This document shows positions 36,571 to 49,490 of a stretch of DNA of 64,000 nucleotides, piece after piece; position 1 is the first letter of the stretch; every line of letters begins with the position of its first letter. This DNA comes from Octopus sinensis (taxonomy: Eukaryota). The notes under the pieces were generated by a model that saw only the letters and a program-made list of their open reading frames with translations, made no database searches and was not told where the DNA came from. The stretch is taken from NCBI RefSeq assembly GCF_006345805.1, contig NC_042998.1, positions 82,460,001 through 82,524,000 of the forward strand. The letters run 5' to 3'. A program made the translations under genes and the position numbers.

Positions 36571-37677
36571 TTTATTTATCTGTTTGTTCGTTGATTTACT
36601 TACTAAGATTACACAAATATCTCATCTAGTGACAGACCAATTTTTCACAAAAGAATTTGTATGATTTTGATTTTTCAGAATCTAACACATTTGCCACAAA
36701 ATATTTTTCCATGATGAAGTTTGAATTTACTACCTTTCTTCTATACAGCAAACAGATTTCATGTAGTTTTATAACTTCAATTTTATCACGGGAAGCAAAT
36801 TATGATTGAAGACGGTTCGTATTTCTTTTAGCTATACAAAATTCTTCACCTATAGAGAGAAAAGAAAAGCAAATACAGCTGATTAAGACACTATTTTCTT
36901 TCGTACTGGGGGAGTATTATTAAACAATAAAGTATTCAGGTGCAAGTAGATGAGTTGAAACTTCATCGCAAGCTTGTTTTTTATATTTTCACTTGAAATA
37001 TTCTATTGTATTTATATGTAGTAACTTTATAAGATGTTTTTAATGGGAGAAATAAAACGAAATTTATTTCAGTCACTGGAAAAAGCTATTCACAGGTTTA
37101 ACATTACTTGAATGTGGGTTAAATAATGAAATTAAATTCAAAATTTTCAAATGCATATTAATTGATTAAATGTAAACGAAATTTGCTCAGAAAATCTTAG
37201 TAATGAATTAATGAAACTAAATATATATTAAAATAAGTATTGAATAAAACAAAAGAGTCTTGTAATTTAATATAATACGAAAATATTAATGAGGTTTTAT
37301 TTTCCTGCAAAGGTTTATCGATACTTAATTAATTAATCATCATTAATTAAATTAATTTTACAAACGGATGAAATATCTAATAATTTATAAAAAACATTTT
37401 CAAATGTAATTTTAATAAAGAGGGAACATTTCTCAGCTTATTGAACTCAGAGATAAGTAAAATATCAAACTTAATCTATTTACTTCTATTTTACACAACA
37501 ACAAACAATTAAAAGTAGTGTGGGATATTTGGAAGATAAAATTTCGGGAAATGAATATGATGCTGCGTGTCTCGAATTCAACCTCATACATTCTTTCAGA
37601 AAAGGGCATCTCTTTTGGTTGGTGTACAATGCCTAAGGGACACACTTTAGCCTCTGGCCCACAGGCATGCGGTCTCC

Positions 37678-37711
<34 letters not shown>

Positions 37712-40700
37712 TATATATATATATATCTTTCATAATATCCCCTGCTTCTCAGAAGTATCTGGCGTCGTACCTTCAAAATGAAGCATCTCTGACCGACTAG
37801 TTCCTGTACCTGTCATTACCTTTGTTGCATCCAGTCCTCCCGGCCCACTGATAATTTTTCCCAGTCTTTTCTCCCCAAGCAGTGACGATTATAACTCTCC
37901 TTCTTGCTCATACTTTTCCTGTAGCTGTTGGCCAACAACAGTTTAAAGCGAACATTAGCAACATCGACCTCACAAACCCAGAGGGCCTGCAAGTGCCATG
38001 CTCTCTGTTCCTTCATGAAATACAAAACAAATTCAACAAGTACAAAAGTACAGAAAAATGCAGATATATGTGTCCATTTTGTTATATCTGTGAAGAAATT
38101 GAGTTGACTACCACACGTCACATATACATTTACATTTTATTGAGAGAGGAAATGTTTATCTAAATAGTTTCCAACTTACCTCATTAAAGTGTTCGTCACA
38201 TCTTCATAAAGTCATCAGTTTAATTCCTGTACAAGACAGTGCTTTACATCCTTGAGCAAAACATTTCATTTTACGTACTCCAGTGTACTGAGCTGAAAAC
38301 GATTTTACTTGCCGGAGGTTGGTGCATCCTTCTCTCCCATTTGTTAGATACTTATGTCCTGGAGGGACAATAGTGGAAGGAACAAGGAGTCTATGTTTGT
38401 TTGCAGCTACCTAGGTACTTAAAATAATTATTGAAAGCATCGTACAAGTTATTTGCATGTGAGTAATGACTGGCGGTAAAGTGCTGATCATTTGCGTAGG
38501 TACAGATTTAAATAATTTCACTATGAACACAATACACTTGCCATGACAAACGAACGTATCGATCTTTTGTTCAGACAGTAAATATAAGTTGCGTTGGAAA
38601 GTTTGGTTACATTTCTTAGTAGATTCTTGATGTACAAAGGGTCAACCTGCATAAATCTTTGTTCTATAATGCAGTTCTTATTGCTGTCGTATAGTCCGTT
38701 GGCAGTTGTCGACTAAACATGTCATTTTATTAACGAATGATTAGGTGTAATCTACACACGTACTATAACTCAGCGTATGATTCATTGGTTTATGTTACGG
38801 AAAACAGTATGTAAGTGAAATTATGATTCTTTTTTTCGTGGAATTGATAAATAGTGTTTGTATGCATTTGAGGTGTAATGGTGTCCACATCAAAGGCAGT
38901 ATATATAGTAGGTGCTGATCATTTTAATTTCTTTCCGTGATCGTGTATCACAGGAAGGAGGTACTTCACGTAATATAGCTCAATGTATGATTGATGATGA
39001 TCCCAATGGCTTGCAGATTTACGCTTACCAATTTCATAGTACTCAGTTTGGTTCCACATATTGAGAAATCTGAAGAAGAATCGGAACCACGCGCTCAATA
39101 CTATTTGTTTCTTATACTATCTGCTATAAATATGAAATAAACTGTCAGCTTGATACTGTTTTAAACACACATTGTATTTTCCTTTAGGTATGTTGTCAAA
39201 TCCGTTATTTAAAGTTTACAAGTAACTCAGAAGTTGTCAAATAATTTTTACTTCAGAATATTTCATGTTATGTAAACGTCATTATATATAGTCGGTCAGT
39301 TTAAATTAAAACCTAATTAGAAACTCATATTGGTTTTGGTATATCTAAAATCGTTTGGAAATGTCAAGTTAATTGTCTTGTCAATGTTGTAATAGATGCA
39401 TTTAAACAAAAGTATATTAGAAGTTAATATAATCTTACAAATAACGAAACTATTGTACAAGTTATAGAAGCGGTTAAATGCAAGTTTAATACATATAATA
39501 TTCACGAAATACTAACAAAATACCTTCAGTTCTACAGGTCAAAAAGAAAACTTTATTCTATACGCGTTAGTAATTAACGCTTAAAAAGCTGTCCTGTTTG
39601 GGTACCAATTTACGTAAACAAACGTGTTTGTATTTCTTTTGTTCTCTTTATGGTTTTACATAAACAGTGTTCAGAAGCATTATTGGAACTAAACATTATT
39701 GTTTCTAATGATTTACTTGTTCAGGAAAATACAATATCTACTTTTAAAATACATATTCAATATAACTTTAAAAATATTTCATTAAAACTTTCTCATTTTA
39801 ATACGTCTATATTTTATGATTACTCCTTTTTTATTCTTGTCTTTGTTTTTTTGTAGAATTAATCCTAAACAAACACAGAGATGTTTACAACATACTTTTC
39901 ACGTTAATTGCTTCTTTTTTTTCCAATTCAAGTTTAAAATGAAGCTAACTATTTTATAGATTTTCTGATACAGGATATAATTAGTGTTTGTTGTCTGTAA
40001 ATTACCTAAATCAAAGTTGATACTTATATTACATTGCAAAATAACTAACAACCAACAAAATATATATTAGTCGTGTAGGTAATTTTCAAGTGTCATTGCC
40101 ATTCGCCAGGAGCACAAAAAATAAATAAATAATCAACTAAAACTTTCAAATTTTTTTGTAAACTAGAAGTTCCGTATAATCAAAATAATGTTAACAGTAG
40201 AACTAACAAGTATAAAAGCAACTACTTTACTAATTCAAACCCTATAATAATCCTGTGTATACATACACGATCAACTAAACTAGCGGCCAAATCTTCCTCA
40301 AATTTTCCTGTTGCCATAAAAAGCAAAAGGACGCATAAAAGAACGCAGTCCAAAACACCTATACAAAGACGAATTGGTAACGACATGATTACCTTTAAAT
40401 AGTTATATTTAATTAGCTTGGGCTCAGGGTCGAATTGCAACAGCAATATCAAAGATAAAATATTACTACTATCTCTTCTCAAATTTGGTTTATTCTATAG
40501 ACCATATCATTTCCCATTGAGCAGGGTTCATGTTTTTAGATTTTTCACTCCATAAAGATGTACACCGGATAGTAGAGGACTGTGTGCAAGTCTAATATGG
40601 TCTTTTTCCACATTAGCCATCACACATTATCGAATATTAGAAGTTGGATCATTATGTAAAAGAAATTGAGCTTTGGTAATTACAAGCCTTAAGACCGTTG

Positions 40701-40904
40701 GAACTCTTATTTGCTGATTGATTAGTTCTTTTAGCAATTACTGGGCAGGATTTTCAGAGGAAATTCTTGATGGAGTTGGAATGCTTACAGTCTCACAATA
40801 AACTTCACAAAGAGTAAAGTTATATATTTTCTAAGGAGGAAAGACATCAGGACTTAGCATAAAAAACATGGTGATACTTAGACGGAGAATAGGAGTAGAG
40901 AGAA

Positions 40905-41290
40905 ATTGTATATAGCGTGGGTACAGTTCCATTGTGTGGCACCCAGGGCAAATGTCTTCTACTATCGCTGCAAGCCAACCGATGCCTTGCGAATAAATTT
41001 GGCAGACAGAATAAGCTTCTGTGTGTGTCTGGGTGTGTGTCTATCTGTCTGTCTTTCTGGGTGTATGTCTGTATGCCTGTCTGTCGGTGCCTCTGGGTGT
41101 GTGTGTTTTCGTCCCACTATCACCTGACAACCGGTGTTAGATAAGGTTCCCGTAACTTAACTGATCGGCTAAAGAGATCAATAGAATAAGTTGCAGAATC
41201 AAAAGTTATGCGCGTGCCATGGTCGATATTTTCGACTAAACCCTCCAAGGTGGTGGCTTAGTATGGCTGCAGTTTAATAAGTGGAACAAA
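40905..41290 (+). mobile_element. Diverged SINE (family A)
   Basis: GGTACAGTTCCATTGTGTGGCACCCAGGGCAAATGTCTTCTACTAT...CACCTGACAACCGGTGTT...GGTGGCTTAGTATGGCTGCAG. Confidence 0.75.
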
Positions 41291-42033
41291 TATATTAAAA
41301 AATGAGATTAAAATATACTGTACCAAATATGATTCAGATGAAGCTTAGTGAAATAAATTACAGACCGATTTCTGGTGTATTTTCCTATTGCCTTTTTAGA
41401 TGAGGGTGCTTCGCCCCACGAAAAAATTTGTAGAAGTACTCAGAAATATTGCAAGCACTTCTTCTTTATCCAGCACAAAACTGGAAACCCTTCCGTATCA
41501 CCTGCAGGTATCTCAGGGTAACAAGTGTTTCGTCTCCCTGTCTGTACCTTAGCCTGAGTTGGGCAGCAAGAACTGAACTCATTTGCACTTGTGAAAGAGT
41601 TCCACCTGCAACGACATCTATTTGAGCTGGTTTCAACTGCCATGTCTATCTCCTTATGGGATATCTTATGCCGTCTGGTTTACAGAGCGAGTTTGTACAA
41701 CAAATAATACACTAACAGAGCTGGAAAGTCATGGTAGCCGACTTTAATACAGAATGAGACTGCATGTGATGCCTTGACAAGAGCCTCGTCAACTAAGGCC
41801 TCAATTTTAGGCTGTTACAACTCCTTATAGTAGTATTGTATATTTATATATTGATTATATTTACATCTAGAGGAATTTAACCAGTATTAGTATCTAATAT
41901 AAATAATATTCTTGTGTATTTCTCTGTCACAACATATGAATAAGAAAGGAAGGGGTGATAATAAACTGGAAGTGGGATGGTGAACATTCAACGCTGAAAA
42001 GAAAAATGAAACAGCATTTAAAATGTGTGTGAG

Positions 42034-42081
<48 letters not shown>

Positions 42082-42869
42082 GAACTATATGTGTGCGTGT
42101 AGAAGGGAAGTATGTGATTGTATGTGTGATTATTATGTACCTTTTTTATATATAAAATACTACAATTAGCGGTCATTTTTGACGGCACGGGGCCAGCTAG
42201 TTGAATATAAAGCTCAACCTCAGTGACAGGATGTTTTCACTATTGGGAAATTAATAACTTTCTATACGAAAATTTAATTATTGTACTGTAGTTGTATATA
42301 AAACTGAAAACTCGTTTTAACTATTTGCCAGTTTTCTGAATTTTCAGAGCTGATATTATCCGCTAAATAATTAAGAAATGATCCTTTACACTTGAGAAAA
42401 ACAAATTGAACAAGTTCGAATTTTTTTTTTTACTTCTCACCAATATCTTAAACTTTTTTTTATACAATCAGTTGTAATGAAATTATTGTCGAGTTTGATC
42501 GTTTTGCCTGATGTCTCTTTACAAGCAAAAAGAACAACTTTACTCATCTGTTTAACTCAAATTAAAAATGAAGTGAGGCAGTTGTTCGTGCGCTGACAGC
42601 CATCACTTGTCATTGCATTCTAATAAGGAGAGAAATTAAATTCATTTTCTGTGAACTCATGAACCAAATACATTGAAAGCCTTTACAATAAACAACATCA
42701 TCGTGGTTGCCAGCATCATCATCATTGCCACTTATCTTTATAATCATACGTTTTATCAAATTCGTAATTATCATAACCACCTTGCCATCATGGTGGCAAT
42801 GACAACTCTGCTTTCATTCTCAAAATTTTGCCATCCAAATTATTGTCATCATTTCCTTGTCATAAATAG

Positions 42870-43064
42870 TTTGTTTGTATTTTGTCGTCATCATCCTCTC
42901 CACTATTATCATTAGAGCTATTGTCATTATCATTGATATTGTTTGTCTCATCATCTACTTGTTTCTCTCCCGCGTCATCCTGTCCTACATTTTCATACCA
43001 TCATCTTCATCATTCATGTCATCGTTCTACACTTAATTATATTAGTTTCCTGTTACTTTTCAAT

Positions 43065-43096
<32 letters not shown>

Positions 43097-43946
43097 AATT
43101 ATCATTTTCATCATCATCTTCAACCTCATCATCATCATCACCATATTAACTTCTTATGATTTTTCATTCTCCTTCTCCTCACCATCCTCATCACTTTCAT
43201 CATCATCATCATAACCATTATCATCATCAACGTCGTCGTTGTCCTCCTCCTCCTCATCATCATCATTGCCATTATCTTCAATATCGTTATCATCATATTA
43301 GTTTCATATTGCTTCAATCTCCTCCTCCCCTCCCTCTCCATTGTTATCATTATCATCGTTGTCGTCGTCGACTTCATTATCATCATCATTATCATCATTA
43401 TCACCATATTGCGTCCAAGTTTAGGCTGAAGGTCAGTAATTCCAAGGAAGGAATAGATCGATTAGATCGACCTCAGTACGCAACTGGTACTTATTTTATC
43501 GACCCCGAAAGGGTGAAAGGTAAAGTCATCCTTGGTGGAATTTGAACAGAGAATGTAAAGACGGACAAAATGTCCCTAAGCATTTCGACCGGCGTGCTAA
43601 CGATTCTGTCAGTTTCATATTAGCTTCCTGGTTAATCATCATTATCAGCACTGCTAACATCATCATCGTTTACAACGATATTGTCTTGTATCGTCAGCAA
43701 CATCAGTAACAACATCGATATCAGTAGCAGCAATAATTCGATGATGATGTCGATGGCTGATGAAAGGAAAATTTTAAACGTATTAGCAGGAAGAAACGAA
43801 AAGGAATGGAAACAAAAAATGAAAATCTATCAGCAACGAGATTGTCGTAGCAATATGCAAAATTACCATCATGGTTTTCGTCAGGAAACCTTTTTCTGGC
43901 TCTTCGTCGTCGTCCTCGTTGCCGTCACCTGACTAAACACCACCAC

Positions 43947-43988
<42 letters not shown>

Positions 43989-44240
43989 TACCAGTACCAT
44001 CCTCATTTTGTGCTTCATTTCGTCGTCGTTTTGATCTTCATCATCGTCGTCATCATCATCATCATCCCCATTGTCATCATCATCATCATCCTCATCACCA
44101 CTACCATCATCATCATAATCATTCTTGTCATAATGTCTATCATCTTCAGCAACACCTTCATAGTTCGTCATCGTCATCATCATCAAAATCATCACCATTG
44201 CCCATCGTAATTCTTTCTGTCATCTTCATCATCAGTATTA
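42870..44240. repeat. Degenerate (CAT/CAC/CGT)n trinucleotide fields
   Basis: Long imperfect (CAT)n-rich tracts at about 42870-43390 and 43640-44240. They explain the poly-I, poly-H, poly-S and poly-D ORFs. Confidence 0.9.
43410..43615 (-). mobile_element. SINE (family B)
   Basis: CAGTACGCAACTGGTACTTATTTTATCGACCCCGAAAGG..AAAGG..AAAGTC...GGAATTTGAAC...CGTGCTAACGATTCTG. Confidence 0.85.
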
Positions 44241-44648
44241 ACAGCAACAACGGGCAACAACAGCTGCAATCATTGGCATTACTTTTTAACATATTCTTTT
44301 CTCTTTAAAATAATTACGTTCAAACTGTTTTCTTTCCAAACTTAATTCATTGTTGCTCCTACTCACTTTAGTTAGCTGTCACAATTCATTCCCACATTAA
44401 TCTTCCGTTTGGCTCTGCTTGTTTGATCTGCCACTTTATTTTATCTCTCATTCGAGTATGAACACTAAAATACTGACAATCTTCTTTACAGCAGCTTGAA
44501 AGCAGAATACATTCTCTCGAAAGTTTGAATCCTTCTTTTTGTTTTTTGTTTGTTTGTTTTTTTTTGTTTTTTGCGGGGAGGGTGCATTTACAATTCCCGA
44601 TTAATACTGCTAACTATACCATAATAATATAAGCGTAAATATATTATA

Positions 44649-44886
44649 CTAGTGTCATAACCCGATTATATTTGGGACCTTCTCGGGCCACATTTTAAAG
44701 ATGAGGAATTCTGCCTTAGAGGTCACACCTTTCAATTGAGCAAACACAAAGTTTCCATGCAAACTCCCCAACACTTTTAACATAGGCGTGCAAATTTTCA
44801 GGTCAATCCAACCACATTTACTAAATCTTTTGCCTGCACAACTGCTTGTGAGACAACGTCCGCCCTTTTCACAAATATATAGTAGA
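44649..44886 (-). mobile_element. Complete 238-bp non-autonomous Helitron
   Basis: Minus strand: A|TCTACTATATAT (5' TC at 44886-44885); GGATTGACCTGAAAATTTGCAC; CCCGA-N17-TCGGG hairpin (44661-44687); CTAG|T (44652-44649). Sits between A and T with no target duplication. Confidence 0.8.
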
Positions 44887-44947
44887 TATGATTTCAAAAA
44901 CCATAGATTTCTTGCTTTGCGACTTAATGATAGTATTTCGACTGCTC

Positions 44948-45148
44948 AAGGCAGTGAGCTATCGGTATCGTTAGCACACGGGGCTAAAAGCTTAGCGGCA
45001 TTTTGTCCGTCTTTATGTACTGAGTTCAAATCCACCGGGGTCGACTTTGTCTTTCATTCTTTCGGGTTTGATAAAATACGAACCAGTTGAGCACTGGGAT
45101 TAATATCTCCCTCGAAATTACTGGCCTTAGGCCAAAACTTGAAACCGA
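44948..45148 (+). mobile_element. SINE (family B)
   Basis: AAGGCAGTGAGCT...GTTAGCAC...GAGTTCAAATCCACCGGGGTCGACTTTGTCTTTCATTCTTTCGGG. Confidence 0.85.
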
Positions 45149-45539
45149 TATTTCGACTGTTAATTCTCAGCTGGTGTAAACATCAGCTGAAAACTGGAAG
45201 TTAAGGCGGAGAGCTGGAGTAAATTACAGACATAAGAAGAATGGGCGTTTTATAATTGATCTACAATGCTGAATATTGTGGTCGGTGCTGTCACTAATAA
45301 ATATTTTATTTTTCATTTCACTGAAATTAACAGCTGATGAACAATTCATAAATTATGTTGTACAGTAAATTTACTCTAACTCTTTATGCAGGAAAGATAA
45401 GTTTCTAAGAGGTCAATCGCCATCATGTATCGTACGCTTTGCAGAGCATTGATGATACTAGAACGAAAGACTTTTCGGTTAAGCGTGAGTTTTCTCATCG
45501 GAGGGAAGCACTGTGTTACTTAGTTCTGACTTTCTCATA

Positions 45540-45800
45540 GTGTTTACTAGGGCGTGGTTTACCATTGCCTTCACCAACTGGATCACCATTGGCCCTCATG
45601 GAGCTCACCCGTACTTTGACATGTCTTATTTTTAGCCCTGCTGGGTGTCCATACATCCTCGTCACAAGAGTAGGCGACTACTCAAGTGGGGTAGCCGATT
45701 TAGTCGCCAACTACTCGACAATGGAACATGTAGGACTGGTGTACATGGTACCAGTAGCAGGTATCATTAATCTGCGATAAGATCCCTGGCCTGATACCTA
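45540..45800 (-). mobile_element. Possible RTE-clade 5' UTR-derived fragment
   Basis: GC-richer island. Minus-strand GGTGAAGGCAATGGTAAACCAC (45554-45575) resembles, from memory, the GAAGGCAATGGCAAACCAC motif of RTE/BovB-related 5' regions. Confidence 0.35.
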
Positions 45801-46068
45801 TAAGGCCAACGTAAAGGACAGTTAATTGTAGTGCACATTTTGAAGCCTATCTTTCGTTGTTGTGAAAGGCTTTTGTTTAAGTTAACAAATTCTGGTTTCC
45901 TCGAGGTGCATCACAGATAAATGACTTCATAGTTTGTATGAAACAGAAATTAATAAATTTGAAAAAAACAAAACAAATTTTGAGCAATGTAATGGACATT
46001 TACGTCGAGTGAACTTTATCTTGGGATGGTTAATTACTTTAACCCAATAAAGAAATAGGTTAATTACT

Positions 46069-46287
46069 TTAACCCTTCTATATTTCTGTCAAATGAAATA
46101 CTTATCCACTCACATTGTTTTGAATTAACCATGCATATCTGGTAGCTTCGAGATTTTTCTAATGTGATTGTTTATTATTAGAAAGACATTATACGGTAGG
46201 TGTGAGAAGTCAGATCTGGCTAGCTTTAGCATAAAACAAGAAAACTATCTGGGCCAGATATGGCCATTTTAAATGCCAAATGGTTAA
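46069..46287. mobile_element. TTAA-flanked MITE (piggyBac-type ends)
   Basis: Starts TTAA-CCCTT (46069) and ends AAATGCCAAATGG-TTAA (46287). About 210 bp, non-coding, with degenerate terminal inverted repeats. Confidence 0.6.
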
Positions 46288-47829
46288 TGAAATCGTCCTA
46301 GCTGTGATAGTAAACCAAGGACAGGAAGTACTTACTACGATTCTTAATGTTTTTATAGAGGAAATCTTGCATCGAGTCAAATTTACAAACGGATTTCATT
46401 TGATTTCTATGAAAGAGACAGGTATTAAGATACTCTAATTTCTCGTATAAATTTGAAAACCTCACTAACATTACTGGTCAAAAGAATTCAAAATTTCCCT
46501 TGTTTCTTAAGAATATATTTAGAGGAACTTACGAGCTATTAGTCAAGGTTTCTAGAATTCATTTCAATTTATGCGAGAGGCCACTTTACTTAACTTATGC
46601 TATACTAATTTAATAAGCACATAAATCCTCTTCCTATTTCTTCTCCCCATTTTGTGGTTAGAGAAAAAAAAATCAATAAGAACATATTCCACTTGGTTTT
46701 ATGTTACTCCTATGTAATCGAATTATTTACAGTTTATTAAATTACAAATTGTAGTTTACTTTATATTCTTATTGTGCAGCTTCGAAAAATCCATTAGTCA
46801 TAAGTGTGCGGTGACCTTTAAGAAAATGTAGTTTATAATTCATAAATTTAAGCAATCGGTACTAGGTAATGTTATGGATACAAAGAAAACTTTTGATAAA
46901 TATCACTTCGATACTGTTCGCTATTTAAACAAACTTTTCAAGAGCAATTTCCTAACATAGTGTACACAGCAAACCTACTTGAATACAATATTAAATATAA
47001 AATGATTAATGAAATATAACATTAATTATAAACATTTTGAAATACGACACAATGGCTGAAGGGTTATTGTAATGTCTGAACATTCTATAAGGTCAAAAAT
47101 TTCAAAGTTTAATACAAAACCTACGGACAAAAGTGATTCACCGTTATTACAATATATTGTGTTGAGTGAAAAGTTTTGCAATATTCTGGTAACTTCTTTG
47201 CTTTATTCATCAAGTTACAACAAAAGCAGTCTAGCATTTAAAGTCGATGCCATCGTGTTGCAGCTCCTGAAGTCACTTTTTCTACCAGTTCTTTGATTCC
47301 ATGATGATACCAGTTCTTCAATGAAGCTTCCTCCCCTTCTTCACGGGTGATGCCACAGGGCCACGAATAAAAGGTGCATACAGGCGAGGCGAGAGAGGTG
47401 GAGGTAACGACGTTTCGGGGCAACACATGAAACCTTCCGACATATATGTATACATCTTTATGTATACATACATATATAAATACGTACGGATTGATAGCTA
47501 GCTACATAGATAGATAGATACGTGCGTATGTACGTACATACATGCATACAGTAAAAATATGCAAGTATTTTCTCAAGATTAAAACGTGACATTCATTTTT
47601 ATCTACATTCCAACGATGGACCCTTGTAGCTTTAGTAGAAACCAGCTCCCTCCGAGGAGGAGGAATTTAGCTAATTAAAAACGTGAGAGAACACGCATAC
47701 ACACACACACATATATATATATAATTGTATGTATATATATATGTATGTATATATGTATATATATAAACATACATATATGTATGTATATATGTATGTATGT
47801 ATGTATGTATATATATATATATATATATA

Positions 47830-48281
47830 TTCATGTGTGCGTGAGTGTGTGTATGTGTCTCGAAGAACAAGCATTTATCCCAATTTCCCTGTCTAAAAAT
47901 GATTTTTTTCAACGTCACTGAGACGTATTTTTCTAAACTCAATGTAATATCTTCTGCATGCAATTAAATTTACTGTTGGATGTCCTCCGACGGCTAAGAC
48001 ACAGACAAAGGCAGCAACGGTTTCTATATTTCTGTCGGGAAACTGAGTTAATCAGATCAATACAAATGACAAATTAGAGTAGAATATGTTGTGCCATGAG
48101 GAGAAGAGAATTGATTTGGTAGACAGTATAAAAGTGTGCGAAGATAACATTTTTTCAACTATATATTCTAATCAAAGGTCAAGCAGGACATTTTATCCGA
48201 GAGCAGCTTTTTTTCTCTTTTAGAGACACTGACACCTGTAGTGAACTTTAATTCCGAAGCTCTCCTCTGAACTAAGTAGTG

Positions 48282-48346
<65 letters not shown>

Positions 48347-48797
48347 TCATGTGTGCGTGAGTGTGTGTATGTGTCTCGAAGAACAAGCATTTATCCCAAT
48401 TTCCCTGTCTAAAAATGATTTTTTTCAACGTCACTGAGACGTATTTTTCTAAACTCAATGTAATATCTTCTGCATGCAATTAAATTTACTGTTGGATGTC
48501 CTCCGACGGCTAAGACACAGACAAAGGCAGCAACGGTTTCTATATTTCTGTCGGGAAACTGAGTTAATCAGATCAATACAAATGACAAATTAGAGTAGAA
48601 TATGTTGTGCCATGAGGAGAAGAGAATTGATTTGGTAGACAGTATAAAAGTGTGCGAAGATAACATTTTTTCAACTATATATTCTAATCAAAGGTCAAGC
48701 AGGACATTTTATCCGAGAGCAGCTTTTTTTCTCTTTTAGAGACACTGACACCTGTAGTGAACTTTAATTCCGAAGCTCTCCTCTGAACTAAGTAGTG

Positions 48798-48799
<2 letters not shown>
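47830..48799. repeat. Tandem duplication of a 454-bp segment between (TA)n tracts
   Basis: 47830-48283 and 48346-48799 look identical by eye (period 516). Confidence 0.9.
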
Positions 48800-48840
<41 letters not shown>

Positions 48841-48974
48841 GTGTGTGTGTGTTATTCGTAGGTCATTGTAAGATTTCAATGAATACATGGCTAGATTGTT
48901 TAGTAATTGGTTCGATACATTCAATACTCACACCTACTTTCTCTACTGCTCTTTAACATCTGATATAGAATGGC

Positions 48975-49490
48975 GATGATGATGATGCCGATCATGATGA
49001 TGATGATGATGAGGAGGAGGAGGAGGAGGAGGACGAGGACGAGGACGAGGACGAGTGGTGGATGTGGTGGTGGAGGTAGTGGTGGAGGTGGTGGTGGAGG
49101 TGGTGGTGGAAGAGGAGTTGTAGTAGGTTTAGGAGGAGAGATGTAGAAGCAGGCAGATGTAGTGGAGGAGGAGGGGTGATAGAGGAGGGGTGGTGGAGGA
49201 GTGATGGAGGAGCTGGAGGTGGTGGAGGAGGAGGGGAAGGAGGAGGTGAGCATGGAGTGCAGCAGGAAGTGAAGAAAGAGGAAGATAACGATGATGACGC
49301 TGATGAAGACGGCAACTACGACAGCACAAATGATGTCGCAAACGACGACGACGATGACGATGACGGCAATATCGACGACGACGACAACAGTGATGGCGAC
49401 GGCGGCGGCGGTGGTGGTGGTGGTGGTGGTGGTGGTGTTGGCGCTGGTGGTTTTGGTGGTGGTGGTGATCGTCGTCGTTGTTGTCATCGT
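48975..49490. repeat. Compound (GAT/GAG/GGT/GAC)n trinucleotide field
   Basis: Direct inspection; source of low-complexity ORFs on both strands. Confidence 0.9.

Noticed and set aside
38185-38225. Minus-strand CUGAUGA with an AUUAAA/UUUAAU possible helix I
   Set aside because: No GAAA after a plausible helix II and no helix III.
40500-41830. Stop-interrupted protein-like minus-strand frames
   Set aside because: Stop density is close to random expectation and no family motif was recognised.
47405-47437. Minus-strand GGAAGG..CCCC-GAAACGUC-GUUACC hammerhead-like 3' half
   Set aside because: The CUGAnGA box and 5' helix I strand are missing (truncated at a TA-rich tract); kept only as a remnant.
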